Origin: Candidatus Latescibacterota bacterium | GTDB lineage: Bacteria > Latescibacterota > UBA2968 > UBA8231 | DNA: 64,000 bases | Assembly (NCBI GenBank): GCA_965243025.1 | Contig: CBDETY010000003.1 | Span: forward strand, 5,536,001 to 5,600,000 | Direction of reading: 5' to 3' | Notes under the pieces: model-generated | Told to the model about the DNA's origin: nothing | The model's input: only the letters and a program-made list of their open reading frames with translations | Database searches by the model: none | Position numbers and translations under genes: made by a program | In this document: positions 1-10,131 of the stretch, one piece after another | How the letters are laid out: each line of letters begins with the position of its first letter | Position numbering within the stretch: position 1 is the stretch's first letter

Positions 1-1086
1 GGGCACCACAACTTCGACAGGATCCGCTACGAGTACTACCGCGACGAGACGGTGGCTGTCGAGGCTTTCAAGGCCGGGGAGTACGACCTGCGCTTCGCCT
101 CCAGCCCCGGGGAGTGGGCAACGTCGTACGACGTCGAGCCGGTGAGAGAGGGGCTGCTTATCCGCGAGGCGATCCCCCACCAGATGATCCGCGGCATGAG
201 CGGGTTCGTCTTGAACACCCGCCGCGAGAAGTTCGCCGATACCAGGGTGCGCGAGGCCCTTGCCTACGCTTTCGATTTCGAGTGGACCAACGCGACCCTG
301 TTCCACGACCTCTACCACCGGACGCGCAGCTACTTCGAGAATTCCGAGCTCGCCGCCGCCGGCCTGCCGGAGGGGAAGGAGCTGGAGATCCTCGAGGAAT
401 TCCAAGGCCGGGTGCCCGAGGCGCTGTTCAGCGAGCCGTACCGCCCCCCATCGACGGAAGGAGGGGGCCAACTGCGGGCCAACCTGCGCACCGCCCGCGG
501 CCTGCTCGCCGAAGCGGGGTGGCTGGTCGGGGAGAAGGGTCTGACGCACAGGGGCACCGGCGAGGTCATGGAGATCGAGTTTCTGCTCGTGCGCCCGCTC
601 TACGAGCGCGTCGTCGCCCCGATGCAGAAGAACCTCGAGCGGCTCGGCATCGACTCCCGCATCCGCACCGTCGACACGGCGCAGTACTGGAACCGCCTGC
701 AGCAGTTCGACTACGACGTCATCGCGCGATCGTGGAACCAGTACCTGAGTCCGGGGAACGAGCAGCGCAACTACTGGACGACAACGGCCGCCGCCGCCCC
801 CGGCAGCCGCAACTACCCCGGGATCAGGGACCCGGTGGTCGACGAGCTGGTCGAGCGCGTCATCTCCGCCCAGGACCGGGCGACGCAGGTGGCGACCGCC
901 AGGGCCCTCGACCGCGTGCTGCTGTGGGGGCACTACGTCATCCCCCACTGGCACAGCCGTCAGCACCTCGTCATCTACTGGGACAAGTTCGGCCGCCCCG
1001 GGGTGCTGCCGAGAAACGACCTGGCCCCCCTCCGCACCTGGTGGGTCGACCCGGGCAGGGAGGCGCGGCTGCGGGAGCGCCGGTAG
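1..1086 (+). CDS. YejA-like family 5 extracellular solute-binding protein (5' partial)
   Basis: Frame open from base 1 (GHHNFDRIRYEYYRDETVAVEAFKAGEYD); motifs [41 protein letters not shown]; paralog of 5590..7491. Confidence 0.9.
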   Translation, partial: GHHNFDRIRYEYYRDETVAVEAFKAGEYDLRFASSPGEWATSYDVEPVREGLLIREAIPHQMIRGMSGFVLNTRREKFADTRVREALAYAFDFEWTNATLFHDLYHRTRSYFENSELAAAGLPEGKELEILEEFQGRVPEALFSEPYRPPSTEGGGQLRANLRTARGLLAEAGWLVGEKGLTHRGTGEVMEIEFLLVRPLYERVVAPMQKNLERLGIDSRIRTVDTAQYWNRLQQFDYDVIARSWNQYLSPGNEQRNYWTTTAAAAPGSRNYPGIRDPVVDELVERVISAQDRATQVATARALDRVLLWGHYVIPHWHSRQHLVIYWDKFGRPGVLPRNDLAPLRTWWVDPGREARLRERR

Positions 1087-1155
1087 CGGCCCTGTCCCCG
1101 GAGGGATGGCCGAAGTCCGGTACGGGGCCCCGGCCATGGCCGCCTTTGACCAGGA

Positions 1156-1476
1156 TCAAAGTTTGATTACCGCGATGAGGATGCCGGTGATGGCGGCCAA
1201 AGTGGTCATGGTCCACATGAAATGGGTGTCCATGCGCACATTGGTCTCGTTGACGCGGTGGTGGACGGCTTGGATTTGTCCGCCCAGTGACCGGTTGGTC
1301 TCGTCGATGCGCTTATTGGTTTCGTCGATGCGCTTGTTGGTCTCGTCGATGCGGTGATGGACGGCCCCCACCTGGTTGCGCAGGTCCTGGATGTCTTCGC
1401 GCAGATAGCTGATGCCCCAATGCAGGTCTTCCGGGGCGGGTCGGGGTTGAGGTCGAGGTGTGGAACCTTCGGTCAT
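1156..1476 (-). CDS. Small coiled-coil protein with C-terminal transmembrane anchor (DUF1640/CCDC90-like)
   Basis: MTEGST start; heptad repeats RIDETNK; hydrophobic C-terminus WTMTTLAAITGILIAVIKL. Confidence 0.75.
   Translation of the reverse strand: MTEGSTPRPQPRPAPEDLHWGISYLREDIQDLRNQVGAVHHRIDETNKRIDETNKRIDETNRSLGGQIQAVHHRVNETNVRMDTHFMWTMTTLAAITGILIAVIKL
1294..1353. repeat. 21-bp tandem repeat x~3 encoding RIDETN(K/R) heptads
   Basis: gttggtctcgtcgatgcgctt / attggtttcgtcgatgcgctt / gttggtctcgtcgatgcg. Confidence 0.9.
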
Positions 1477-1681
1477 GGCGTGCTTCCGAGGCGGCGGGTT
1501 GGGGGAAATATGACGGCTCAAGCAAAGGATAGCAATCTACATGCCAGCGCGATCCTTCGAGCAGGGGCGGGGACCGGGCTCAAACTGCGCGCGCGAACAC
1601 ACGCAGGTGGCTCTTCCGATACACAAGGGCCGGAGTCAGCGGGCTCTTTTCGGATTGCCGATAGCGTCGGCTATGGATCGA

Positions 1682-3301
1682 TCAGTCCCCCTCCTCGCCG
1701 GAGCCGAGCGTCTCGACGGCGAACGCCGCGGCGATCAGCTCCTTCGTGTAGCGCTGCTTCGGAGCCGTGAAGATCTCCCGCGCCGGCCCCTGCTCGACGA
1801 CCTGGCCGTCCTTCATCACGATCAGCTCGCTGGCCAGGGCGCGGACCACCTTCAGGTCGTGGCTGATGAACAGGTAGGCGAGGCCCTTGCGCCGCTGCAG
1901 ATCGAGCAGCAGCTCGACGATCTGGGCCTGCACGGTGCGGTCGAGGGCGCTGGTCGGCTCGTCGAGAACCACCAGCCGCGGCTCGAGCACCATGGCCCGG
2001 GCGATGGCGATCCGCTGCCGCTGGCCCCCGGAGAACTCGTGCGGGAAGCGGTCCATGGTTTCGGGGTCCAACCCGACCTCCGACATCGCCCCGGCCACCC
2101 GCTGGCGCCGCTCCTCGCGGCGTTCGCCGATGCCGTGAACCAGCAGCCCCTCCTCGATGATCTGAAAGGCCGACAGCCGCGGACTCAGCGAGGCGAAGGG
2201 GTCCTGGAAGACGATCTGCATCTGCCGCCGCAGCGGGCGCACCTCCTTCTGCCGCCAGCCCTGGATATCGCGGCCCTCGAACTCGACGCCGCCGACGCTG
2301 GAAAGCAGGCGCAGCACCGCCTGGGCAAGGGTCGTCTTTCCCGACCCCGACTCCCCCACCACGCCGACGGTCTCGCCGGCGCGCAGGCGCAGGGACACTC
2401 CGTCGACGGCTTTCACGTGCCCCACCGTCCTGCGCAGGAAGCCGCGCCGGATCGGGAAGTGGACCTTGAGGTCCCGGGTCCGCACCACTTCGGGGGCACC
2501 CTCGTCGACCGGCGCCGGTTCCCCCCGCGGCTCGGCGGCCAGCAGCCGGCGGGTGTAGGGATGGCGCGGTTTCGTGAAGATCACCTCGGTGGCCCCCTCT
2601 TCGACGACCTCCCCGTCCGTCATCGCGTAGACGCGGTCGGCGACGCGGCGGACGATCCCGAGGTCGTGGGTGATCAGCAGGATCGCCATGCCGGAGCGCC
2701 GCTGCAGGCCGCGCAGCAACTCGAGGATCTGCGCCTGTATGGTGACGTCGAGGGCGGTGGTCGGCTCGTCGGCGATCAGCAGGTCGGGATCGTTGGCCAG
2801 GGCCATGGCGATCATCACCCGCTGGCGCTGCCCCCCTGAAAGCTGGTGCGGCCAGGCGTCGAGGCGCTCTGCGTCCGGCAGGCCGACGAGGCGCAGCAGC
2901 TCCAGGGTGCGCTCCCGGGCTTCCTGGCGGCTCACTTCCCGGTGCAGCATCAGGCTCTCGCTGATCTGGCGCTCGACCGAGTGCAGCGGGTTCAGCGACG
3001 TCATCGGCTCCTGGAAGATCATAGCCGCGCGGCCCCCCCGCAGGTCCAGCAGGCGCTCGGGCGGGGCCCCGACCAGCTCTTCCCCGGCGAAGCGGATGCT
3101 GCCGTGAGGATGGCTGGCCCGCGGATAGGGCAGCAGCTGCATCACCGACAGCGCGGTCACCGACTTGCCGGAGCCCGACTCCCCGACCAGGGCGACGGTC
3201 TCCCCCTTTTCGACGGAGAGGCTGGCGTCCCGCACGGCCTGCACCCTCCCCCCTTCGAGGTGGAAGTCGACCCCGAGCCGGTCGATGGCCAGCAGGCTCA
3301 C
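1682..3301 (-). CDS. yejF: ABC transporter ATP-binding protein with two NBDs (YejF)
   Basis: Two Walker A (GESGSGKS, GESGSGKT), two signatures (LSGGQRQR, FSGGQRQR), DEPT motifs; last gene of yej-type operon. Confidence 0.9.
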   Translation of the reverse strand: MSLLAIDRLGVDFHLEGGRVQAVRDASLSVEKGETVALVGESGSGKSVTALSVMQLLPYPRASHPHGSIRFAGEELVGAPPERLLDLRGGRAAMIFQEPMTSLNPLHSVERQISESLMLHREVSRQEARERTLELLRLVGLPDAERLDAWPHQLSGGQRQRVMIAMALANDPDLLIADEPTTALDVTIQAQILELLRGLQRRSGMAILLITHDLGIVRRVADRVYAMTDGEVVEEGATEVIFTKPRHPYTRRLLAAEPRGEPAPVDEGAPEVVRTRDLKVHFPIRRGFLRRTVGHVKAVDGVSLRLRAGETVGVVGESGSGKTTLAQAVLRLLSSVGGVEFEGRDIQGWRQKEVRPLRRQMQIVFQDPFASLSPRLSAFQIIEEGLLVHGIGERREERRQRVAGAMSEVGLDPETMDRFPHEFSGGQRQRIAIARAMVLEPRLVVLDEPTSALDRTVQAQIVELLLDLQRRKGLAYLFISHDLKVVRALASELIVMKDGQVVEQGPAREIFTAPKQRYTKELIAAAFAVETLGSGEEGD

Positions 3302-4413
3302 GATTCACCTCCGGATTGGCCGGGCTCGGCCGCGGCGAAGGTCTTGCGCGGATCGAAGGCGTCGCGCACCGCCTCGCCGATGAAGACCAGCAGCGACAGC
3401 ATGACCGCCAGCGAGAAGAACGCGGTGAAGCCGAGCCAGGGGGCCTGCAGGTTGCGTTTCCCCTGGTTGAGGAGCTCTCCCAGCGACGGCGACCCGGGCG
3501 GCAGGCCGAAGCCGAGGAAGTCGAGGGAAGTCAGCACCGTGACAGAGCCGGTGAGGATGAAGGGCAGGAACGTCAGGGTCGAGACCATGGCGTTCGGCAG
3601 CACGTGCCTCCACATGATGCGCCGGTCGCCCTGCCCCAGGGCGCGGGCGGCCTTGACGAAGTCGAAGTTTCGCGCCCGCAGGAACTCGGCGCGGACGACC
3701 CCGACCAGCCCCATCCAGCGGAACAGGAGGAGCAGCCCCAGGAGCCACCAGAAGTTCGGTTCGACGACGCTGGCCAGGATGATCAGCAGGTAGAGCAGGG
3801 GAAGCCCCTGCCAGATCTCGATGAAGCGCTGGAAGATCAGGTCGACCCAGCCGCCGAAGTACCCCTGGACGGCCCCGGCGGCGATGCCGGCGGCGGCGCT
3901 GAAGAGGGTCAGCAGGAGGCCGAACAGCACCGAGATGCGGTACCCGTAGATCAGCCGGGCGGCGACGTCGCGGGCCTGGTCGTCGGTGCCGAGCAAGTTG
4001 CCGCCCCCCGGAGGGGAGGGGGCCGGCTGCTCCAGATCGTAATTGACGGTGTCGTAGCTGAACGGGATGGGGGGCCACAGGATCCAGCCCTTCTCCTCGA
4101 TCAGCCCGGACACGAACGGGTCGCGGTATTCCGCCTCGGTCTCGAAGTCGCCGCCGAAGGCGGTCTCCGGGTAAGTGGCGAGCACCGGGAAGTAGAAGGA
4201 GCCGTCGAACCTCACCACGAGGGGGCGGTCGTTGGCGATGAACTCGGCCGGCAGGCTGAGGGCGAACAGGAACCAGAAGACCCGGTTGCTCCAGAAGCCG
4301 CGGCGGTTGCGGCGGAAGTTGGCGAGCCGGCGCTGGTTGAGCCGCGACAGCTGCATCCCGAGGAAGCGGGCCTCGGCGGCCGGCGGCGGCGATGCCATGG
4401 CCCCGGCGCTCAC
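3298..4413 (-). CDS. yejE: Peptide ABC transporter permease (YejE)
   Basis: GTG overlaps yejB stop (GTGA); [38 protein letters not shown] motifs. Confidence 0.9.
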   Translation of the reverse strand: MSAGAMASPPPAAEARFLGMQLSRLNQRRLANFRRNRRGFWSNRVFWFLFALSLPAEFIANDRPLVVRFDGSFYFPVLATYPETAFGGDFETEAEYRDPFVSGLIEEKGWILWPPIPFSYDTVNYDLEQPAPSPPGGGNLLGTDDQARDVAARLIYGYRISVLFGLLLTLFSAAAGIAAGAVQGYFGGWVDLIFQRFIEIWQGLPLLYLLIILASVVEPNFWWLLGLLLLFRWMGLVGVVRAEFLRARNFDFVKAARALGQGDRRIMWRHVLPNAMVSTLTFLPFILTGSVTVLTSLDFLGFGLPPGSPSLGELLNQGKRNLQAPWLGFTAFFSLAVMLSLLVFIGEAVRDAFDPRKTFAAAEPGQSGGES

Positions 4414-5507
4414 GATTCCCTGCTCTCGAAGTCGATGCGGCGGTCGACGAGGGTGTAGGTCAGGTCCCCCACCAGCTGCATCACCAGTCCCAGGAGGGTG
4501 AAGAAGTAGAGGGTGGCGAACATCACCGGGTAGTCGCGGCCGATCGCCGCCTCGTAGCCGAGCAGCCCGAGGCCGTCGAGGGAGAAGATGATCTCGGTCA
4601 GCAGCGCCCCGGTGAAGAAGATGTCGACGAAGGCGCTCGGGAAACCGGCGATGACGATGAGCATGGCGTTGCGGAAGACGTGGCCGTAGAGGACGCGGCG
4701 CTCGCTCAGACCCTTGGCGCGGGCGGTGATCACGTACTGCTTGTTGATCTCGTCGAGGAAGGAGTTCTTGGTCAGCAGCGTCAGGCCGGCGAAGCCGCCG
4801 ATCACCATGGCGCACACCGGCAGCGCCAGGTGCCAGAAGTAGTCGGCGATCCTCGAGAAGAAGCCGAGCTCCTCCCAGTTGGAGGAGACCAGCCCGCGCA
4901 GCGGGAACCAGTCGAGGTAGTGGCCGCCGGCGAACAGCACGATCAGCAGGATGGCGAACAGGAAACTCGGAATCGCGTAGCCGACGATCACCACCCCCGA
5001 GGTCCAGACGTCGAACCGGGTCCCGTCCCTGACCGCCTTGGCGATCCCGAGGGGGATCGAGATGCAGTAGACGAGCAGCGTCGTCCAGAGCCCCAGCGAG
5101 ATCGACACCGGCATCTTCTCCCGCACGAGGTCGACGACGCGCCGGTCGCGGTAGAAGCTCTCGCCGAAGTCGAACGAGACGTACTGCACGACCATCTGCC
5201 GGAAGCGCTCGTGGGCCGGCTTGTCGAAGCCGTACATGCGCTCGAGCTCGGCGATCAGGTCGGGGTCGAGGCCCTGGGCGCCGCGGTACTTGCCGGCCGC
5301 CTCCCCCGCGGAGAGGGGGTCGAGCGCCTCCCCCTGGCCGGCGCCGCTCACCCGCGCGGTGGCGTCCGGGGCGTGTCCCTGGATGAGGGCGATCGCCTGC
5401 TCCACGGGGCCGCCGGGGGCGGCCTGGATGACGAGGAAGTTGACGAGCATGATGCCGAACAGGGTCGGCACCATGAGCAGCAGACGCCTGAGGATGTAGG
5501 CGGTCAT
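4410..5507 (-). CDS. yejB: Peptide ABC transporter permease (YejB)
   Basis: [57 protein letters not shown]. Confidence 0.93.
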   Translation of the reverse strand: MTAYILRRLLLMVPTLFGIMLVNFLVIQAAPGGPVEQAIALIQGHAPDATARVSGAGQGEALDPLSAGEAAGKYRGAQGLDPDLIAELERMYGFDKPAHERFRQMVVQYVSFDFGESFYRDRRVVDLVREKMPVSISLGLWTTLLVYCISIPLGIAKAVRDGTRFDVWTSGVVIVGYAIPSFLFAILLIVLFAGGHYLDWFPLRGLVSSNWEELGFFSRIADYFWHLALPVCAMVIGGFAGLTLLTKNSFLDEINKQYVITARAKGLSERRVLYGHVFRNAMLIVIAGFPSAFVDIFFTGALLTEIIFSLDGLGLLGYEAAIGRDYPVMFATLYFFTLLGLVMQLVGDLTYTLVDRRIDFESRES

Positions 5508-5589
5508 TGGATTGCCCGTCCCGACAGGCGGCCGGATCCCCGGCGCCCCGGCGGCGGATTCCCGGCAGCCTGTATGCGGTGACGGGGCA

Positions 5590-7491
5590 CTACTCGGTCT
5601 TCTGCAGCCGCGCCGCTTTCTCCGCGTCGTACCACCAGGTCAGCGGCAGCACGAACAGGTCTCCCGTGTACGGGGCGGTTTTTCCGGGCCGCCCGAACCT
5701 GTCCCAGCGCAGGGTGCGGAAGGCGTTGATGTGCCAGTGGGGGATGACGTAGTGAGCCCACAGCAGCACCCGGTCGAGGGCCCGGGTCAGGGCGACCAGC
5801 TCGGCCCGGTCCGGGGCCGCGATCAGCCGGTCGACCAGCTCGTCGACCACCGGGTCGGCGATGCCGGCGTAGTTGTTGCTGCCGGGTTTGGCGGCCGCGT
5901 CGCTCGTCCAGAAGTTGCGCTGCTCGTTGCCCGGGCTCAGGCTCTGGGCCCGCACCCTCGTGACGACGTCGAAGTCGAACTCCCTGGCCCGGTTCTGGTA
6001 CTGGGCGTCGTCGACGGTGCGGATCCGCGCCGCGATCCCGAGGCGCTCGAGGTTGCCGATCACCGGGGCGACGATCCGCTCCCAGCTCGGCCTGTTCAAC
6101 AGGAACTCGATCTCCATCGCCTCCCCGGTCTCCGCGTGGGTCAGGCTGCCGTCCACCACGCTCCAGCCGGCCTCCTTCAGAAGCCGCGCCGCGGTGCGCA
6201 GGTTGCCGCGGATCTGCCCGGAGCCGTCGGTGGCCGGCGGGTCGTAGGCTTCGCCGAACACCTCGTCGGGGACTCTGCCCCGGTACTCCTCGAGGATCTC
6301 CAGCTCGCGGCCCGACGGCGATCCCGACGAGGCGAGCTCGGAGTTCGAGAAGAAGCTCTTCGTGCGGGTGTACTGGCCGTAGAACAGGTTGGCGTTGGTC
6401 CACTCGAAATCGAAGGCGTACCCCAGGGCCTCGCGCACCTGGGGGTCGGCGAACTTCGCGCGCCGGGTGTTGAACCAGAAGCCCTGCATGCCGGTCGGCC
6501 TCTGGTGGGGGATCAGCTCCTTGATCAGCCGGCCCTCGCGGACCGCGTCGACGTCGTACGCCGTCGCCCAGTCCTTGGAGGTGTTCTCCATGCGGTAGTC
6601 GAACTCCCCCGCCTTCAGCGCCTCGATGGCCACCGTCTGGTCGCGGTAGAAGTCGAAGTGCACCCGGTCGAAGTTGTAGCGCCCCTTGTTGACCGGAAGG
6701 TCTCGGCCCCAGTAGTCGTCGACCCGCTCGTAGGTGATGAAACGCCCGGCCTCGACCGCGGCGATCCGGTAGGGCCCGCTGCCCGGCGGCGGCTCGAGGG
6801 TCGTCTCCTCGAAGTCGCGCCCTTCCCAGTACTGCTTCGGAAACACCGGGAACTGCCCGGCGATAAGGGGCAGCTCCCGGTTGATGTCCCCGCCGAAGCC
6901 GAACTTCACCCGGTGCGGGCCGATCACTTCGGCGCTCTCGATGTTCTCGTAATAGGCGCGCCACCCGGGGTGCCCCTTGGCCTGGAGAAGCCGCAGGGAG
7001 TAGACGACGTCGTCGGCGGTGACCGGGCTGCCGTCGTGCCAGCGGGCTTCGGGGCGCAGGTCGAAGATCACCCAGCGTCCCTCGGCGTCGATCTCGATGC
7101 TCTCGGCGAGGCGGCCGTACTGGGAGAACGCCTCGTCCTCGGCGCGCTCGAGCAGCGACTCGTAGAGGAGCACGCCTATCCTCGGCGGGGAGATCCCCTT
7201 GATGACGAACGGATTGAGGCTGTCGAAGGTGCCGATGGTCCCCAGGCGGATCTCGCCCCCCTTCGGGGCCTCGGGGTTCGCGTACTCGAAGTGGGTGAAG
7301 CCGGGACCGTACTTGAGGTCGCCGTGCAGGGCGGCGCCGTGGCCGCTGTAGTTCCCCGCGGTTGCGGGGAGGGCGGCGGCGAAGGCGCCGAGAACGGCGA
7401 AGGCGCCGAGAACGGCGAAGGCGCCAAGAATGGCGAAGGCGCCAAGAATGGCGAAGGCGCCGAGAACAAGGGTCAGCAGTTTCATCTTCAT
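5590..7491 (-). CDS. yejA: Peptide ABC transporter substrate-binding protein (YejA)
   Basis: Signal peptide; [47 protein letters not shown]. Confidence 0.92.
   Translation of the reverse strand: MKMKLLTLVLGAFAILGAFAILGAFAVLGAFAVLGAFAAALPATAGNYSGHGAALHGDLKYGPGFTHFEYANPEAPKGGEIRLGTIGTFDSLNPFVIKGISPPRIGVLLYESLLERAEDEAFSQYGRLAESIEIDAEGRWVIFDLRPEARWHDGSPVTADDVVYSLRLLQAKGHPGWRAYYENIESAEVIGPHRVKFGFGGDINRELPLIAGQFPVFPKQYWEGRDFEETTLEPPPGSGPYRIAAVEAGRFITYERVDDYWGRDLPVNKGRYNFDRVHFDFYRDQTVAIEALKAGEFDYRMENTSKDWATAYDVDAVREGRLIKELIPHQRPTGMQGFWFNTRRAKFADPQVREALGYAFDFEWTNANLFYGQYTRTKSFFSNSELASSGSPSGRELEILEEYRGRVPDEVFGEAYDPPATDGSGQIRGNLRTAARLLKEAGWSVVDGSLTHAETGEAMEIEFLLNRPSWERIVAPVIGNLERLGIAARIRTVDDAQYQNRAREFDFDVVTRVRAQSLSPGNEQRNFWTSDAAAKPGSNNYAGIADPVVDELVDRLIAAPDRAELVALTRALDRVLLWAHYVIPHWHINAFRTLRWDRFGRPGKTAPYTGDLFVLPLTWWYDAEKAARLQKTE
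7378..7467. repeat. 18-bp tandem repeat x5 in the YejA signal peptide ([IV]LGAFA)
   Basis: Units ggcgaaggcgccgagaac x2, ggcgaaggcgccaagaat x2, ggcgaaggcgccgagaac. Confidence 0.95.
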
Positions 7492-7521
7492 CGTCGGTTC
7501 CTGTTGGTGGGGGACACGGTA

Positions 7522-8388
7522 CTACACCGGCATCCGGCGGCCGGTGTGCTTCCTGCCGATGGCGGCCGCTTCTTCCGAAGTGCCGAGGATCCGCACCCCC
7601 TCGTCGATCGTCTCTCCGATGTTTTCCTCGCTGGCGCCGTCGAGAAAGGCTATGCCGTTGGCGTCGCATGCATCCTTCACGCGTTGACGTATCGCCACCA
7701 TCTCCGCCGAGTACGGCTGGGCGCGGATCATCTCCCCGTGCGACCAGTGGTTGTCGCCCGGCCCCCATTCGGCGAAGGCGATTCCCGGAACCTTCAGCGT
7801 CGCTTCGACGTTCTCCACGGCTCGCCGGTTCTCGATCTTGACGCCGAGCATCAGCTCCCCCTCCGGGTTGAGAGGCCAGAAATCGGCGAGGCGGAGGTAC
7901 TCCTCCACCGTCACCCCCCAGATCGCCGCGGCCGAGCCCTGGCCGCCGTTGCCGCGCCGCCCCTGGGGCACCCGGTCCCGGGCGGCCGTCTGGAAGGAGT
8001 AGCGGCACTCCTGGACAAGGGCGGCGACCGCGTCGGGGCATTCGGCGTGGCAGAGCAGGATCCCGTGGACGCCGCGGTCGAGCACCTGCTCGAACAGCCA
8101 GGCGTTGGCGCGCACCACCGCCTCGCTCGATCCGTCCGGCGGCAGGTCGGCGATCACCGCCGGCGTCGGATGGCCGCTGCGCGCCGGTCCGGCCGCCTTC
8201 AGGCCCTTCATGAAACTGTCGAGCCCTGGCAGGTCGAAGGTGCCGTGCTCCATGCTGACGTTGATGTAGTCGGCGTGGGTGCCGGCCATCTCGAGGCCCG
8301 CCTCGTAGCTGACCGCGCTGAAGCCGGTGTAGTAGATCGGCTGGTCCTGCTCCAGCAGCTCGATGGCGCGGTTGATGCGCTTCGGCAT
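7522..8388 (-). CDS. HpcH/HpaI aldolase family protein
   Basis: MEHG, QVLDRGVHGILLCH, KIEN, EWGPGD motifs; RBS gaggag. Confidence 0.8.
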   Translation of the reverse strand: MPKRINRAIELLEQDQPIYYTGFSAVSYEAGLEMAGTHADYINVSMEHGTFDLPGLDSFMKGLKAAGPARSGHPTPAVIADLPPDGSSEAVVRANAWLFEQVLDRGVHGILLCHAECPDAVAALVQECRYSFQTAARDRVPQGRRGNGGQGSAAAIWGVTVEEYLRLADFWPLNPEGELMLGVKIENRRAVENVEATLKVPGIAFAEWGPGDNHWSHGEMIRAQPYSAEMVAIRQRVKDACDANGIAFLDGASEENIGETIDEGVRILGTSEEAAAIGRKHTGRRMPV

Positions 8389-8646
8389 GTTCGGCTCCTC
8401 GTTCGGGGACTGCGGTTGACGTAGGGCGGAAGCGGCAGCGCCGTCAACCCGCCGGTCGGGGAGGAAGCTGTCGGAGGCGGACCGCGGTTATCCGGATGGG
8501 GCCGGTCGGATGAGTGGCCGGAGAAGGGGTGTTGGCGGCCGCTGACAGGGGAGCGACAGGGACCGGCCCAAGTGGTCAGTTCGAGGCGACGAGAAAACGT
8601 CCGGAAAATGGAGCCCCGAAGGCTGACCCCGGTTCAATCGGGGAGG

Positions 8647-8976
8647 CTATTCCGACAGGCTGGCCTTGATGCGGGCCCAGGACACGTTTTGGACAGCGGT
8701 GCCTTCGGGCGGATCCTTTGCTTCATCAAGAATCCCTCGAGCCCACAAGCCAGACTCAACGGATAGTTGCTGGAGAGAACCATCGTCGTAAGACGCATCC
8801 GGTCCGAGCAAGTCGTGGTAACGGTCTGCCTGAAGCGGATCAGAATCAGTGTCGATCCTGGCGCGCATTTCGTCCGTTAGCTCCGCGAAGGAATAAAGGC
8901 GGTCATGCCATTGAGCATTAAGGCAAATCCCCGTCAGGAGGATAGTGGCGATGATTTGGGTCAGGAGTGGTCTCAT
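8647..8976 (-). CDS. Internally deleted member of the secreted 'SWARIK-tail' CBM9/DOMON-like family (mini-gene or pseudogene)
   Basis: Signal peptide plus AQWHDRLYSFAELTDEM aligns to the N-terminus of 8997..9923, then jumps to its C-terminal part; ends TAVQNVSWARIKASLSE; RBS aaggtg. Confidence 0.75.
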   Translation of the reverse strand: MRPLLTQIIATILLTGICLNAQWHDRLYSFAELTDEMRARIDTDSDPLQADRYHDLLGPDASYDDGSLQQLSVESGLWARGILDEAKDPPEGTAVQNVSWARIKASLSE

Positions 8977-8996
8977 ATATGTCACCTTCTATATGG

Positions 8997-9923
8997 CTAT
9001 CGGGACAAGCTGCTTTTGATGCGGGCCCAGGAAAGGCTTTCGACAGCAGTGGCCTCGGTACGACCGCCTGGGCCAAGAAGAATTCCTTGGGCCCAATGAT
9101 CAGACCTCCAACCTAAATCCGAACCTAAATCCCATGAGCCGTCCGGTCCGAACAAGGAGTGTAAATTGTCAGCCATGAAATGGTCCACGTCCGAATCCTT
9201 GTCCGTCATGGCCATAGCAAACCCTATCTGTTCGCCGACCGAAAGGTCCGAAGCGATGCTCTGCTCCGGGGCATCCCAGATCAATCTGTCAAACGGAGTG
9301 ACGTAGAATTCGACCACGTAGAAAATGGGCCGACTGTCCACTATGCTCCCGCCTCCATCGGCATACGGTACGTAGGTTATCCAAGGCGCCTCACCGCTCA
9401 GCAATTGCAGGCTGAGATTGCTGTCGCTCTTATAGTTTTTCGCAACCCCCCAGTATTGTTGTGCCTGTACCATCAAAATATCCCGGTTTATCATACCATT
9501 TTCATCAAATTCAATCATCGGACCACCACTTTTGTCGGCGTCGACATTAAACCATACGCTGGCCTCGGTAGGGGGAAATTTAGGATGGCGAATCCAGTAC
9601 TCCTCATTATGGACATGGATATCGTCCACCATCTCGGCGGCCACGAAAAGGTGGTTTCCGGCATCGTGCCAAGCCAACCAGATGCGAAAGTCAAACGACG
9701 ACGGGTCGTATTTCGGAAACGATGGAGGAGTGGCGAAATCCAATGGTGTCAACGTGGGCTCGCCGAGGACATCCAACCAATCTTCCACTGAGCCGTCCTT
9801 GAGGTCGATTTCAGCCAGCATCTCGTCCGTCAGTTCGATGAAGGGATAGAGGCGGCCTTCCCACTGCGCTTGGATTGAAATCGCTGTCAGCAGTAGTATG
9901 AGAAAGACGATGCGGTAAGGCAT
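8997..9923 (-). CDS. Secreted CBM9/DOMON-like protein with SWARIK C-terminal tail
   Basis: Signal MPYRIVFLILLLTAISIQA; DGSVEDW, FRIWLAW, VDADKSGG, QAQQY, VVEFYVTPFD; ends TAVESLSWARIKSSLSR; AT-richer than flanks. Confidence 0.8.
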   Translation of the reverse strand: MPYRIVFLILLLTAISIQAQWEGRLYPFIELTDEMLAEIDLKDGSVEDWLDVLGEPTLTPLDFATPPSFPKYDPSSFDFRIWLAWHDAGNHLFVAAEMVDDIHVHNEEYWIRHPKFPPTEASVWFNVDADKSGGPMIEFDENGMINRDILMVQAQQYWGVAKNYKSDSNLSLQLLSGEAPWITYVPYADGGGSIVDSRPIFYVVEFYVTPFDRLIWDAPEQSIASDLSVGEQIGFAMAMTDKDSDVDHFMADNLHSLFGPDGSWDLGSDLGWRSDHWAQGILLGPGGRTEATAVESLSWARIKSSLSR

Positions 9924-10131
9924 TGCTTGCATCCTTGGTGGGTTTGAGGCTTCGATGGCACGATGCGGTCGCGTGATGGCGGCCGCGGGCGCCGGCGATC
10001 TCCCGCAGGATCTCCAGGGTCCGGCGCGCCGCCTCGTTTGGGTCCCTATCCAGTGGGAGTGGTCACTCAAGGCCTTCCAGACGCAAGTGGCGGCGCCAGT
10101 GTATTTCTGACGCCTCATTTCATCTGCGCTG

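Noticed and set aside
7378-7467. Short repeats (also 1294..1353) as a CRISPR array
   Set aside because: Contiguous units with no spacers, in-frame within CDSs, and no cas genes.
5512-8424. Very long alternative ORFs (970 aa here; also 19851..22499, 20639..23260, 31931..34189, 44309..46471)
   Set aside because: Antisense or off-frame shadows of well-supported genes in high-GC DNA, with low-complexity R/G/P-rich translations.
8412-8452. Inverted repeat ggttgacg...cgtcaacc upstream of the aldolase as an operator or ncRNA
   Set aside because: Single 8-bp stem, no second instance and a weak -10 element; insufficient support.
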